A DNA stretch of 57,597 bases from a virus (taxonomy: Duplodnaviria > Caudoviricetes): IMG/VR virus record IMGVR_UViG_3300037119_000577, positions 1 through 57,597 of that record; one strand, written 5' to 3'. Below the pieces are notes generated by a model. That model was not told the origin of the DNA and did not search any database. It was given only the letters and a program-made list of their open reading frames with translations. This document shows, piece after piece, positions 37,679 through 48,031 of this stretch (its first letter is position 1; the number at the start of each line of letters is the position of its first letter). The translations under genes were made by a program, and so were the position numbers.

Positions 37679-39168
37679 TATTGGTACATCATTACAACGC
37701 GGTAACTGTTAGAAGAATTATTATCTTCATTATTTAATATGATATCGGGGTTAGACCCTCCCGCCGCCGAAATTTGGCCAGAGGTGCTCGCCCCCACAGA
37801 CCCCACAATAGTACGGTTATAATTCGCCCCACCATTGAGAGTCGTAACTCCAAATAGGCCTAATAGTGCGGTTCCCGGATTACTTAGGGTAATGGTATCC
37901 CCCGCCGTTAAAGTTCCCGTGAACACCTTCCACTTAACCGCGTCCGCCGTAGACGTAGAGCCCGACGTCAAACCAGATGACGTGACCAAAGACCGCACCG
38001 ATCCGCCGGTAACCAGGGACAACTCGTCGGCGCCGCTATTATAGAGACCCGTGTTAGTGTCCGTAATGAACCCTAGACCCGGGATCGACGCGGACCCGGA
38101 TAGAACCCGGAACGCGGTACCGAGGGCCGCAATTGCCGTGCCCCCGGTAACTAGGGTAAGCGTATCGGCACCGGGGGAGTAAATGCCCGTATTAAGGTCC
38201 CCGGCGAACGTGTACGAAGGGGTAGACAGCGCGCCCGGAGGAGCTAGGTAAGGTAGGGTCGACGTAACCGCGGCGGTGTTCACGGAAAGGCGGAGGGTAC
38301 CCGAAGTAGATACACCAACGGTGTTCGCCGCGGGGGCATACAAACCGGTGTCCGTGTCTCCGATGAAGGCCAAGGAGGGGTCCGCTGCGGTACCGGCGAT
38401 TGTTCCGAGGCCCACCGAAGCGATATAAGCAACCCGGGATCCGGCCGCCGACGCGGAAATCGTATTCGCGGAGCTAAGATAGAGGCCCGTGTCCTTGTCG
38501 CCCGCGAAATACATCGAGGGGGCGCCTACGGTACCGTTGCCTACGCCCTGGGTGATCGCTCCCGTAGTATCCATACCGAGAACGCCGGTCTGAGTCGGGA
38601 CTGCGGCGGGGAGGGTCAAGGAATACGTAACAGTCGTAGTAGGGACGGTAAGGGCGATGTACTCAGTATACGGAGCCGCGCCCGAAGCGTCATAAGCGTG
38701 TAGCTGAATCGTCGAAATGTCGAACTTAGCCTGCGAGGCGCCATCAAGATAGAAAGCTAGGATGTTCGTGGCATCGTAGTAAACGCCCGACGAGCCGCCG
38801 TCGCCGAGGCCCGTAATCGCACCCGGGGTACCTGCGATCGAGTTTCCGTTAGTGATTTGGACCTGGTCCCCGGCGGTGTTCGTGTAATAGAGATCGCCGC
38901 CCACCGAGTAGATGGAACGCACGTCGGTAAGAGCCGCCAGCTGATCGTCGAGGCCCACGCGCTCGAGAGTAATCGCCGCATACGAATTGAACGTGAGGTC
39001 GCCGTTGATACCGAGGCCCGCAGTCGGGACTAAATTTCCATCCCCAGGCGTATGCGTATGGGCAGAGACGACTTCTAGAGCCGTATTGAGTTCCGATGCC
39101 CACTCGGGCCCTAATGTTAGACTAACATCCGGTAGCACAAGATTCATTTCGGGCGTGGTCGTCGACAT
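37678..39168 (-). CDS. Tail fibre-like protein with repeated FxGDxxTGLY units
   Basis: Four PS/PGxxFxxDxxTG[LI]Y repeats. Confidence 0.7.
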   Translation of the reverse strand: MSTTTPEMNLVLPDVSLTLGPEWASELNTALEVVSAHTHTPGDGNLVPTAGLGINGDLTFNSYAAITLERVGLDDQLAALTDVRSIYSVGGDLYYTNTAGDQVQITNGNSIAGTPGAITGLGDGGSSGVYYDATNILAFYLDGASQAKFDISTIQLHAYDASGAAPYTEYIALTVPTTTVTYSLTLPAAVPTQTGVLGMDTTGAITQGVGNGTVGAPSMYFAGDKDTGLYLSSANTISASAAGSRVAYIASVGLGTIAGTAADPSLAFIGDTDTGLYAPAANTVGVSTSGTLRLSVNTAAVTSTLPYLAPPGALSTPSYTFAGDLNTGIYSPGADTLTLVTGGTAIAALGTAFRVLSGSASIPGLGFITDTNTGLYNSGADELSLVTGGSVRSLVTSSGLTSGSTSTADAVKWKVFTGTLTAGDTITLSNPGTALLGLFGVTTLNGGANYNRTIVGSVGASTSGQISAAGGSNPDIILNNEDNNSSNSYRVVMMYQ

Positions 39169-39461
39169 TAATAAACCCACATCTTGATAGTGACTGCTCC
39201 GGAGGCGGTCAACGTCATTGTTTTAGAATCCCACGCCGTCCGATAAACGGTGGCCGCCGAATCGCGGTCCACAATGATCCACCCTTGGGGGATGCGCTGA
39301 AGAGTCTGAGCGATCCGATTGGATCCCGAAGCTAACGTAGCAGTAACGTGGACCCCGTCTATCACGGGCACGCGCACCAGAGAATCGAGCACGCCCGCCA
39401 CATTCTCTTGAAGAGACTGGACGTCGGACGTAGGAAAATTTATTTTTGCAAAGAATTTCAT
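39168..39461 (-). CDS. Small virion protein
   Basis: 97 aa, coupled within the tail operon. Confidence 0.6.
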   Translation of the reverse strand: MKFFAKINFPTSDVQSLQENVAGVLDSLVRVPVIDGVHVTATLASGSNRIAQTLQRIPQGWIIVDRDSAATVYRTAWDSKTMTLTASGAVTIKMWVY

Positions 39462-40153
39462 TAGACAAACGGGGGGAACATGTCGGCCCCGAGGAACTCC
39501 GTACTAATTAAAACCAATGAATTCCCGTACATATGGTACTGGAGGGCGCCGTACACCATCTGGATGTTGGGCCGATAGATGTCCGAAATCCGGAACGCCA
39601 TTCCCGTGTCGCGGGGGTTCGCCATATCGCGGATCCGCTTGAGGGTCCGGTCGTACTTGGCTTGAAGGGCCGTGGTATCGGACTCTTCCGCGTTAAGGAA
39701 GTCGATTGCCAACGAGAGCGTCATTAGACGATCCCATCCGGCCACACCGTCAACTTCAGTCGCGAGATCGGTAAAGATGGGGGGCGCGGGAACATACCGA
39801 AGGCGCAAAGAGCCCGAGGGGATCGTGACATTAGTAGTTAGTGTGACATTTCGTTCGGCGTTCTGGTACGGGCGGAGCGTAATGTAAGCGTCGTTATTAA
39901 CCTGAAAATCCACCCCGATCATCTTATAGAAGTCGTCGGGCAGATCGTATTCGTTCGTACCGGTAGTAAGAGTCAACGTCTCGGTAGCGGAATAGTAGTC
40001 TTCGTACGAGCCGACAAGCTCATCGTAAAGTTCGCAAAAGCAGTCGTTAACGAGAGCGAGGGCTTCCGCGTTGGAGATGAAATTGGAGGACTTCATGTCC
40101 GCCAAAATCCGCGCTTTATCGACAATCGACTGAAGGGAAACAGCGCGAGCCAT
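39461..40153 (-). CDS. Head-tail adaptor (tubular protein A-like)
   Basis: ARILADM, YDLPDDFY, LRYVPAP; position after capsid genes. Confidence 0.7.
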   Translation of the reverse strand: MARAVSLQSIVDKARILADMKSSNFISNAEALALVNDCFCELYDELVGSYEDYYSATETLTLTTGTNEYDLPDDFYKMIGVDFQVNNDAYITLRPYQNAERNVTLTTNVTIPSGSLRLRYVPAPPIFTDLATEVDGVAGWDRLMTLSLAIDFLNAEESDTTALQAKYDRTLKRIRDMANPRDTGMAFRISDIYRPNIQMVYGALQYHMYGNSLVLISTEFLGADMFPPFV

Positions 40154-40173
40154 CCGTGGCCCTCCCTGATATT

Positions 40174-40207
40174 AAAGTCGAGAGCGGGATTTTTAGGCCC
40201 CGCCCTC
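40174..40207 (-). terminator. Rho-independent terminator
   Basis: GAGGGCGGG..TCCCGCTCTC stem then ACTTT. Confidence 0.5.
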
Positions 40208-40214
40208 TAACCGT

Positions 40215-40409
40215 TTAGCACTGTTCGTAAAAAGCCTTGAGAGCCGACTTAAGAGCCGACGCATCCTTGCTCTCGACCGCCGCTAGAATGTCTTCCGCGG
40301 CAGCATCGAGACCCTCGTCGCCGTTGCTTTCCGCTTCGCCTTCAGGACCCCGGGGGCCCATCTTGGAAACGAGAAGTGCGGCGATTCCTTTTCCTTTACC
40401 TTCGGACAT
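40215..40409 (-). CDS. Small acidic head-region protein
   Basis: AGGAG RBS, 64 aa. Confidence 0.65.
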   Translation of the reverse strand: MSEGKGKGIAALLVSKMGPRGPEGEAESNGDEGLDAAAEDILAAVESKDASALKSALKAFYEQC

Positions 40410-40420
40410 TGTGGTGCTCC

Positions 40421-40816
40421 TTAGGTAGCGGACGAGTTACGGAGGTCGATCTTGAAGTACGCAACCGCGCCTGAAGCCGGGTCCGCAGCGGCGCCGTCGT
40501 CCGTCGCCACGAATTGAAACACGACCGTGGGGGTCGTTGTTGCAACGGCTTGGGAAAACAGGTCCGCGAACACGCCGACGGACGAGGGGTCCGACAGGGT
40601 CGCATTCAGGATCTTGCAGTCCGCCCACAGAAACGCGTTGTACGTATCTTGGAGGAGGACGGTGTACTTACCGGCCGAGTTGCGCGTAACCGACGTGATA
40701 CCTTTGCCAGTCGATGACGCAACGGCGCCCGTAGAGCCGAAGGTGACCGAGCCGTAAAGACTTACGACATCGTTTTCTAGGCAGCCCAACGGCTGTCTAA
40801 AGGTCCTATTTGCCAT
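40421..40816 (-). CDS. Capsid decoration/cement-like protein
   Basis: 131 aa beta-rich, directly after the major capsid gene. Confidence 0.6.
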   Translation of the reverse strand: MANRTFRQPLGCLENDVVSLYGSVTFGSTGAVASSTGKGITSVTRNSAGKYTVLLQDTYNAFLWADCKILNATLSDPSSVGVFADLFSQAVATTTPTVVFQFVATDDGAAADPASGAVAYFKIDLRNSSAT

Positions 40817-40845
40817 GATTAATGTTCCTTAAAAGAGTGGTTGAT

Positions 40846-40881
40846 AAAACGGGGAGACTATTAATATTAACAGCCGCCCCG
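40846..40881 (-). terminator. Terminator hairpin after the major capsid gene
   Basis: CGGGGCGGCTG..TAGTCTCCCCG-TTTT. Confidence 0.65.
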
Positions 40882-40897
40882 AATTATCGTAATTAAC

Positions 40898-42112
40898 TTA
40901 GAAACTTAGAACAGCATTTGCTCCTGGGGCAGTGCATCCGAGCTGGAAGTAGCCGCCGATCCGAACTTCCATCGCATCGGCGGTGGATTCACGAAGCAAA
41001 CGATTTCCATCTTGGTCCAACAGTTGAACCGGCTCTTTCAGCGAGTACAGAGCCCAGGTGTCTTTCTCGAGCATGTACGCCTTGTCTTCCGGGCAATCGC
41101 GGTCCGCGAAGACTTTGATCGTGCCAGCAGGACCGGAGATCTCAATAGCGCGGAAAGCGATACCGGCAATCGTCTCTTCTTTATAACGGACTTTCGAGCC
41201 CAACAGTTTCTCGAGGGAAGCATAACGAGCAAAGCCCATAAGGACGGTGTCGGGGTTGCCCACACCTTCACGGGCGAGCCGGCGCGCGGCATCGATCAAG
41301 GCTTCGTCAATCGGCTTACCAGTCGACGTCACGCGAACGCCGCCGAGACGGGTCGAGTCGATCGTACGGTCTACGCCGAAGAACGCGGTCGCGGCAGGGG
41401 CACTTGACGGAATCCAAGCAGCGAGTCCGCTCAGTTTCGCGTTGTAGTCACCCTTAACATTAACAGTGTCCGAAGCGGCGATTGTACCCGAAGAGGTATA
41501 AGCGACGTTAACGGTGAACGCGCCCGTGTCACGGTTGACAGCGGAAACAAGGCCCGAAGAGATCGTGCCGTCGAACGTGCGGAGAGTGGCGCCCGAACGG
41601 AACTGGACCGTTTGGCCCACTTCGATTTTGCTGATGTTCTCAACCGAGGAGAAGGTCACGACCGTGGTCGCGGCTTCGGCCGGTTCGGCGACAATAGCGC
41701 CCATAGAACCAGAACCGTCACCGAAAATGGCCCAGCCCATCCGACGACGCATGGTGTCGAAGGCGCCGTCGATTTCGGCGGTGGCGAGTTGTAGGAACGC
41801 GCCCGGGTTGGTTTCGGAAGCGAGAACGGCTTCAGTCTCGATCGACGCCAAGGAGTAGTCCTTAACGCGGGTCAGGGAGAACTTCTTGTAATTGGAAGGA
41901 ACTTTTTGGGCTTGGGCATCTTCAAACGTCGCAGATCCGCCTTGGGGATTGCTGACGCGCATCGGAAGGGGGTAGCTCGAACCGAAGAAATCTTTGGTCT
42001 TCGTGAGCATCGCATAGAACGGGCTGTCCTTAATGGTCAGCTGGGTAACGCGCTGCTTCGAGTAATATTCCTTAAGAATCGCACTGGCTGACGTGGTGTC
42101 TAGAGCCGTCAT
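40898..42112 (-). CDS. Major capsid protein
   Basis: 404 aa, LKEYY start, IFGDGSG, FFGVDR; follows scaffold, followed by a terminator. Confidence 0.85.
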   Translation of the reverse strand: MTALDTTSASAILKEYYSKQRVTQLTIKDSPFYAMLTKTKDFFGSSYPLPMRVSNPQGGSATFEDAQAQKVPSNYKKFSLTRVKDYSLASIETEAVLASETNPGAFLQLATAEIDGAFDTMRRRMGWAIFGDGSGSMGAIVAEPAEAATTVVTFSSVENISKIEVGQTVQFRSGATLRTFDGTISSGLVSAVNRDTGAFTVNVAYTSSGTIAASDTVNVKGDYNAKLSGLAAWIPSSAPAATAFFGVDRTIDSTRLGGVRVTSTGKPIDEALIDAARRLAREGVGNPDTVLMGFARYASLEKLLGSKVRYKEETIAGIAFRAIEISGPAGTIKVFADRDCPEDKAYMLEKDTWALYSLKEPVQLLDQDGNRLLRESTADAMEVRIGGYFQLGCTAPGANAVLSF

Positions 42113-42125
42113 CGATTAAATCCTT

Positions 42126-43115
42126 TTAATCTTGTTTATATTGAAGTTTTTTAGCTAGATATGCGATAGCGTCCTGCTTCGACATATCATCAATATTAAC
42201 CGTGGCTTGGGGGGCGGTTTGAAGGCCCTGGGTGAGCGTCTGTTTAGGGGCTTTAACTTCTTTAGGGGCTGGTTGCTTTGAGGTCTCGGGCTGCGGGAGT
42301 CGAGACTTAAGTTTCTTAGTTGTGACGAACCGGTTTAAGTACTCGTCTTCGTAATGTTTTTCGACGATCTCAGCGGCTTCGGCGTAATCAAGCATCTTTT
42401 GATGCCTACTGAAGTACTCTACCACGGTATCCCTAATTAAGTCAATGGCATCGTCGCCAATAACATTAATAAGCTCATACTTTTCTACGTCCGCCGCAAC
42501 CGAACGTATCTCCGACATCGCCTGGTTATAATTCTCTTGCTGCGCCTTCATCGTAAGCTCAGACTTAAGCCCTTGGATTTCCGACTTAAGAGCCTCGAGA
42601 TTCGGCTCAAACTTGTCCCACTTGTCTTTAAGGGGCTTAAGCTTAGCGTCGACCGGGTCCAGTTCGGGTTCCTTGTAACCGCCCATAAAGTCTTGGAGGG
42701 CGTCGTTATATTGAAAGCCGTGCTCTTTCAAGAGGTCGAGTGGGCGCCGCTTAGCGGACTGGAGACGGGCTTCGCGATCCTGGAGGGCCTTCTCCCGGGC
42801 GTCGAACTCTTGCTGACGCTGACTAACTTTGGCCTGCTCATCGCGGAACGATTTCTCACGGCGTGCGAGGGCAGCAAACCGAGACGACGCCGGGTCTTTC
42901 TTGGGCTCGGGCTTGGGTGCTTCGGGGACGGGGGCAGCTACAACGGGTTCCGCGGTAACCTGAGAATGCTGGGCTGCGGAGTCCGGGGTAGGTACCGCAT
43001 TCGGGTCCGACGTGGTGCCGCCCGCGCCGGAAGAACCGTCGGTAACGGGGGCCTCGTGGGACGGGCCCGAGAACTTGGCAGCGACTTCACTAATTGACGG
43101 TAGACCATCTGACAT
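42126..43115 (-). CDS. Capsid scaffolding protein
   Basis: P/A-rich N-terminus, RFAALARREK coiled-coil, between portal and capsid. Confidence 0.75.
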   Translation of the reverse strand: MSDGLPSISEVAAKFSGPSHEAPVTDGSSGAGGTTSDPNAVPTPDSAAQHSQVTAEPVVAAPVPEAPKPEPKKDPASSRFAALARREKSFRDEQAKVSQRQQEFDAREKALQDREARLQSAKRRPLDLLKEHGFQYNDALQDFMGGYKEPELDPVDAKLKPLKDKWDKFEPNLEALKSEIQGLKSELTMKAQQENYNQAMSEIRSVAADVEKYELINVIGDDAIDLIRDTVVEYFSRHQKMLDYAEAAEIVEKHYEDEYLNRFVTTKKLKSRLPQPETSKQPAPKEVKAPKQTLTQGLQTAPQATVNIDDMSKQDAIAYLAKKLQYKQD

Positions 43116-43142
43116 TAATAACCTCTTAACTTTTAAGGCCCG

Positions 43143-44915
43143 TTATTGAGCCGGGGGTAACTGCTGCTGGGACGCGGCCGCCTTCTTAATGAGAGCGTCA
43201 CTTTGGCTGATCCAACGCCGCAAGAGTTCCAACGTGGATTCGGGAACCTTAGTGGACCGCGCCCGCAGGTACGCCGAGTGGAAGATACGGATACCACTGA
43301 CTAAATCCTGCATCGGATCCGGGGCCTCATAACGGCCGGTCTTCATGATCCGCTCGAGCGTCTCCATGATGTCGTCCATAGGGGCGTTCACCATGGACGC
43401 GTACGTATCCAAGTCCGGGAAATCAAGGAGCTTCATAGCTTGCTCTTTAGGGACGTACCCGGCGTTCACCAGGTCCTCGACCATCTGAAGGCGGCCCGCG
43501 GGCGTGTGCGGGAGCATCGAGACGGGGAAAGCTTTCATAATGAATTCATTGCCTTCGGTCTTAATGTCGGACCACTTAATCCGCTCGATGAACTTCTTGG
43601 ATTCAGCTTGAGCCTCGTAGTCCACGCCCGACTCGTACATCTCCTTAACCAGGTCGATATAAATGCGGGCGGTCTCCATAAAGGTCCGCTCGTACTCCTG
43701 AGAGATAATCGCGAACCGCTCGGTCTCGATGTCGTTGTACTCACGGAGCGCCTTCCCCGAATCAAGGCCCGCCGGCTTAACCGACGACGCCGACAGCTGG
43801 GAGATGCCCGCTTCTTCGTACGAGGACTGGATCAAGAACTGAAGATGCCGGAAATATTCCTCGGACACCACTTTAGGGACGTAGTACTCGGGCTTGGTGC
43901 CAGTGTAGTACACTAACCCACCGATTTCATTGGAAAGATGCTCTTTCGCAATCTTCGAGCCGTGCTCGAGGAACACCTTGAACGACGATCCCAGGTGGAA
44001 CGCCCGCTGGATCATCCGAAGCATCTTGTTGATCTCGATCTGGTTACCGGTGAGCCGGTTGGCCAGAGAGTCGCCCCAGAAGCCCGTAAGTCGCGGAGAC
44101 CAGCGAAACCAGGTAAACGGCGGATAATCTTTAGTGTAGTCGTTGATTTCTAGCCAATCTTTATCCGTGCATATAACATGCTTACCGTCATCGGCGCCAG
44201 GCTTAGACGCCGTATACCAAGCCTCGACCACTACAACGTAATCTGCGGCGGAGTCCGGAGTATCAATTTGCGAAGTTAACGTGTTCGACGACATCTTAAT
44301 AGACGCCGCTTTCTTGGGAAACATCTGTGTTAACACGGTCTTATGGATAAATTTCACTTGAAAATACGACCTGGGCTTACCGTACATGGCGTCAACCGGG
44401 TCTACAAAGAGTTCGTTGGCATGAACGCGCTCCGACTTTATACGATCGCCATCTATGTAATGCTTAATCGCCCCACAGTCCGCGACCGTAGCGTCTCTAA
44501 ATCCTGCCTGATGTAGTCTGTGCACACCGTTGGCATAAAAAAGACCGTCCACGAATTTCGACAGATCTTGAGCCTGAGACTGAGAGGAATAGTCACCCCC
44601 CTCAGTAAGAAACGTGATCCGAGGACGTATCTTTGAAATTTTCGCAGATACCGTGTCACACATATTAGTCACTATAGATAATTTTACTCGACCCTGATCG
44701 AGTGACGGCATGGTAAAAGACTGAACAGACGACCCGTATCCGCCAACGTCCGATACCTCACCATAAAGGCGCATACATCGAATATTACGGTCACGTCGGT
44801 CCGAAGTAGATGCCCATAAAGCCGAAACCGTATCGAAAATATGCCGGTGGATGTTATCTTTAGGCTCTAACCACCACAATTTCGACAATCCCGCCGTCCC
44901 TGGCGCGTTTTTCAT
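43143..44915 (-). CDS. Portal protein
   Basis: 590 aa after the terminase; P.IT F, FWG.SL, GISQLSA..SGKALR, Q-rich tail. Confidence 0.85.
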   Translation of the reverse strand: MKNAPGTAGLSKLWWLEPKDNIHRHIFDTVSALWASTSDRRDRNIRCMRLYGEVSDVGGYGSSVQSFTMPSLDQGRVKLSIVTNMCDTVSAKISKIRPRITFLTEGGDYSSQSQAQDLSKFVDGLFYANGVHRLHQAGFRDATVADCGAIKHYIDGDRIKSERVHANELFVDPVDAMYGKPRSYFQVKFIHKTVLTQMFPKKAASIKMSSNTLTSQIDTPDSAADYVVVVEAWYTASKPGADDGKHVICTDKDWLEINDYTKDYPPFTWFRWSPRLTGFWGDSLANRLTGNQIEINKMLRMIQRAFHLGSSFKVFLEHGSKIAKEHLSNEIGGLVYYTGTKPEYYVPKVVSEEYFRHLQFLIQSSYEEAGISQLSASSVKPAGLDSGKALREYNDIETERFAIISQEYERTFMETARIYIDLVKEMYESGVDYEAQAESKKFIERIKWSDIKTEGNEFIMKAFPVSMLPHTPAGRLQMVEDLVNAGYVPKEQAMKLLDFPDLDTYASMVNAPMDDIMETLERIMKTGRYEAPDPMQDLVSGIRIFHSAYLRARSTKVPESTLELLRRWISQSDALIKKAAASQQQLPPAQ

Positions 44916-45499
44916 TATGCAACGTCCTTGTACTTGGCAGACTTTTTGAGATTGTCGGCCGCCCATAGAGGCTGTAAATTTGTGTAATGGCAGGCTTTAA
45001 GAAATTGTTCGCGGTCCGTTAAATCGAAGGATGCCAAGGGCTTAATATGATCAATATGCCAACCTTGCTTTCCATGATTATCCCACGTCATACCCGGTTG
45101 AAACTTTGTCTCTAGATACCTGCGTAATTCGTCTACAGTGCATCCTACGTCTTTTACCGCCGATCCGATCTTCTTTCGCGTAGATTTAACTGCCGCCGCG
45201 ACCCGCACTCGCAATACTTTCTTAAGCCGGAATTCTACATCGATTGCGTACCTCTCTCTTTCCCGGACTCTAGTCGCGGGCAAACGCTGTCTTGCATTCT
45301 CCTTAAATATCGCCGCGTTCTCGAGATAATATACAGCCTTATTCGCCTTAACGGCCTCGGCATTTAGTGAATTATACGCGGCAGAGGCGCGTTTAATTTC
45401 CTCAGGCTTATCTACGTAACGCTGACGGGCGCGCGCCTTAATAGTCTCTTTATTATTTTGGTAGTACTCTGCGGCCTTGATTTGTTTAATAGTTTTCAT
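44915..45499 (-). CDS. HNH endonuclease
   Basis: GMTWDNHG..WHIDHIKP..CHYTNLQPLWA.DNLKK. Confidence 0.9.
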   Translation of the reverse strand: MKTIKQIKAAEYYQNNKETIKARARQRYVDKPEEIKRASAAYNSLNAEAVKANKAVYYLENAAIFKENARQRLPATRVRERERYAIDVEFRLKKVLRVRVAAAVKSTRKKIGSAVKDVGCTVDELRRYLETKFQPGMTWDNHGKQGWHIDHIKPLASFDLTDREQFLKACHYTNLQPLWAADNLKKSAKYKDVA

Positions 45500-45502
45500 A
45501 GA

Positions 45503-45769
45503 TTACGGTGCGCTATAGTACAAGTCTTCGTCCGCCGAAGCCGCCACCTGTTGCAAACGATCCTTAATGCGCGCCAGCTCCTCTTCCCGCTGCTCCGGGG
45601 TCAAAGTGACCGTGACGACTTCTCCAGCGGACGGAGCGCTCATACCGAACGTGACCTTAACGGCGTCCGCGGTAACTTCGAACGAGTCCACGTTTTGCGA
45701 GCGCATATACTCGACCAAACTTTTCACCGCTTCGAGATTAATAGACGAACTCTGTTTCTTCGCGGGCAT
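45503..45769 (-). CDS. Hypothetical protein between terminase and portal
   Basis: GGAGG RBS, 88 aa. Confidence 0.65.
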   Translation of the reverse strand: MPAKKQSSSINLEAVKSLVEYMRSQNVDSFEVTADAVKVTFGMSAPSAGEVVTVTLTPEQREEELARIKDRLQQVAASADEDLYYSAP

Positions 45770-47129
45770 CTTCGGTTTCCTCCTTTGCTTGGCGAACTAG
45801 CGACTCTATCATTAAATCTTCAGTGGTCGGCGGGGGCTGGAAGTGCTTCAAGTGCACCGTATAAATGTGCCGATACAACGTAAGGCACGCATCCGACATT
45901 AAACACTCGTTACCGTCGTCAATTTCCACGCCGGCAGAATCTCTCACAATTCTAACCCATTCTTCAATAATGGGCAAGTCTTCTTTAATACGGATGTAAT
46001 TCGCTACTAAGTCTTGGCGCATCGTCATCTGAAAGAATGACTTGTCGTCTTGAGTGCCTTCAACAAATCCCAACTCATAACGCTTGCTTATCTCTTGGAG
46101 GACGTCCGTGGTGAACTCGCCCAGATTACAGACACGAAATTGCGAGTAATTGTACCAGGTTCGCAGGATCTCAACGTCCTCGGTACAGGAAAACGATCCA
46201 ACGTACGAATTCTTAATATTAATATGCCGGGAATATTCCGAATGCTCAACAACGACGGCGCCGAACGTGCCGTTGGGCCCTAGGCAGATACCCAAGGAAG
46301 GTTGGCCTCCGTAAATGGTCTCGGGTACAAAGTTGGCCGCGGTCGCGGGGTACACCTTGTGGGTATCGTCGGTCACATACAGGCCCAAGTACTCCCGCCG
46401 GAAAGCGGGATGGTCCCGGTTACCGCCGAACTGGAGCTTGCAGATCGTATCGAGTTCCTCTTCGCCCGACGAGGTGTACTTCGACGGATCGGAGGCGGGC
46501 ACCATAAAGTGGGGATTGTCTCTCAAGTCCCAGCTGAACTGATGCCAGGACGACTTGAGCTTGCCCATGTAGGCTTCGTAAAAGAAACCTGAAAGTAGCT
46601 CGCCGGGGGACGACGTGAGCGCAAGCGTGCCCTTCGTGTCCGCAAGAGCCGGTAAAAGGGCCTCCACGAGTCCGCTCAAGCCCGTGTAGAAGCCCGTTTC
46701 GTCGATCACCACTAAGGAAAACTTCTGCCCCCGGAGCCGGTTCTTCATGTTTGAAACGTCGGCCCCGGTCACCTGGATCGCGGACCCGTTGGGGAACTTG
46801 ATAGTGAGCGTCGAGATCTCGATTTCGTGGGGGATCTCGGCAGAGTCAAGGAACGACACCAGGATAGGCCAAATCGCGTTCTTAGAGGCTTCCCGGGTGA
46901 GGCCGCAATAGAGGGACTTGGTTCCCTGCTTAAGGAGGCAATTCATGATCATCATCGCGCCGTCGACGTACGACTTGCCCCCGCGGCGGCCCGCCACCAG
47001 GATCTTAAAGCGGTAGGGGTCATCTACGAACGCCAGCTGCCGAGGGGACAGTAGGGCCCGAAGCGCGGCAACCATCCGTCCGACGGTCGCAACCTTGGTC
47101 GCCCTAAGAGAGGAGCTAAGAGTCTTCAA
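45738..47129 (-). CDS. terL: Terminase large subunit
   Basis: Q motif, AGRRGGKS, LRG..VVIDE, TSSP, DNPH, FRREY. Confidence 0.9.
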   Translation of the reverse strand: MKTLSSSLRATKVATVGRMVAALRALLSPRQLAFVDDPYRFKILVAGRRGGKSYVDGAMMIMNCLLKQGTKSLYCGLTREASKNAIWPILVSFLDSAEIPHEIEISTLTIKFPNGSAIQVTGADVSNMKNRLRGQKFSLVVIDETGFYTGLSGLVEALLPALADTKGTLALTSSPGELLSGFFYEAYMGKLKSSWHQFSWDLRDNPHFMVPASDPSKYTSSGEEELDTICKLQFGGNRDHPAFRREYLGLYVTDDTHKVYPATAANFVPETIYGGQPSLGICLGPNGTFGAVVVEHSEYSRHINIKNSYVGSFSCTEDVEILRTWYNYSQFRVCNLGEFTTDVLQEISKRYELGFVEGTQDDKSFFQMTMRQDLVANYIRIKEDLPIIEEWVRIVRDSAGVEIDDGNECLMSDACLTLYRHIYTVHLKHFQPPPTTEDLMIESLVRQAKEETEDAREETEFVY

Positions 47130-47390
47130 TTATTCTTCAACGAATAGAACGGAGCCCACGGACGCCCACGGGAGGAACTGCGAATACGGAGGTTTACCGG
47201 GCTTATGGAAGTCAATCCGGAGGAATGTTGAATCGTACTTGGAAAGTTCAACTTTACCGAACACGTATGCGGTATGTGGATCTAAACGCTGATCGACCAA
47301 ACAATTCATCGGCTCCAACTCGGTCCCGATCAGAGGATGGTCAATGAACCTAACGATCGTGATTCGCATACTTTTCTTAACGTTGCTCAT
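47130..47390 (-). CDS. Hypothetical protein
   Basis: 86 aa coupled upstream of terL. Confidence 0.6.
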   Translation of the reverse strand: MSNVKKSMRITIVRFIDHPLIGTELEPMNCLVDQRLDPHTAYVFGKVELSKYDSTFLRIDFHKPGKPPYSQFLPWASVGSVLFVEE

Positions 47391-47833
47391 TACTTACCCC
47401 AGAAGGTGAAAGGGTCGTACGTGTAATCTTGCCGTCTACTTATCGCTTTGAAAACGGGCGGGGTCCGGGTCGAATACCGCACCGACGTATGGGGCAGCTT
47501 TAAGAGTTCCGCCTCCATAGCCTTCGCGACCCCGAACCCGCGCAGGGCGTGCTTACAATAGAAAAAATGGAGGATGAGGACGTCCTTGTCCACTTCCCCC
47601 ACTCCCCACCCGTAGATCAGGTCAGGTTCCGCCGGATCGCAAGCTATTACAATGTTTGACCGTTTAAGGAGACTCTCAACAATCGCATGCATCGCAGGAT
47701 AGTAGGTCGAATTGGGCGTACCCGCGACGAACGTAGAGTCCCTAAACGTCTTAAGGAACGAATTAAACACGAAGCTCACGTCGCTCTCAGACGGGGCCCG
47801 TAGGTGCCAATGCGGCTTGTCCATTGCTATCAT
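47390..47833 (-). CDS. GNAT-family acetyltransferase-like protein
   Basis: LHFFYCKHALRGFGVAKAM acetyl-CoA motif A. Confidence 0.7.
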   Translation of the reverse strand: MIAMDKPHWHLRAPSESDVSFVFNSFLKTFRDSTFVAGTPNSTYYPAMHAIVESLLKRSNIVIACDPAEPDLIYGWGVGEVDKDVLILHFFYCKHALRGFGVAKAMEAELLKLPHTSVRYSTRTPPVFKAISRRQDYTYDPFTFWGK

Positions 47834-48002
47834 CCTTAATAGTGGCCAACTGGCCCTCGAGCGCCTTCTTGGCCCTCGTTAGATCTGCCATCTCGGAACG
47901 AAGCTTCGCAAGGGCGGCCTCTAGTTCCTGAAGCTTAAACGCCCGGTCCCCCATTTGAACGGCGATCCGGGTATACTGCTGATTAAGTTCTTCTTTATTC
48001 AA
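47787..48002 (-). CDS. Small coiled-coil protein, first gene of the late operon
   Basis: AGGAG RBS then TTG AAT AAA GAA. Confidence 0.6.
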   Translation of the reverse strand: MNKEELNQQYTRIAVQMGDRAFKLQELEAALAKLRSEMADLTRAKKALEGQLATIKDDSNGQAALAPTGPV

Positions 48003-48031
48003 GGCCTTGGCTCCTATTGATACTGGAAGTG

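Noticed and set aside
14957-47054. Numerous long + strand ORFs opposite major genes
   Set aside because: Antisense shadows of GC-rich coding sequence with no motifs or RBS (20541..20762 excepted).
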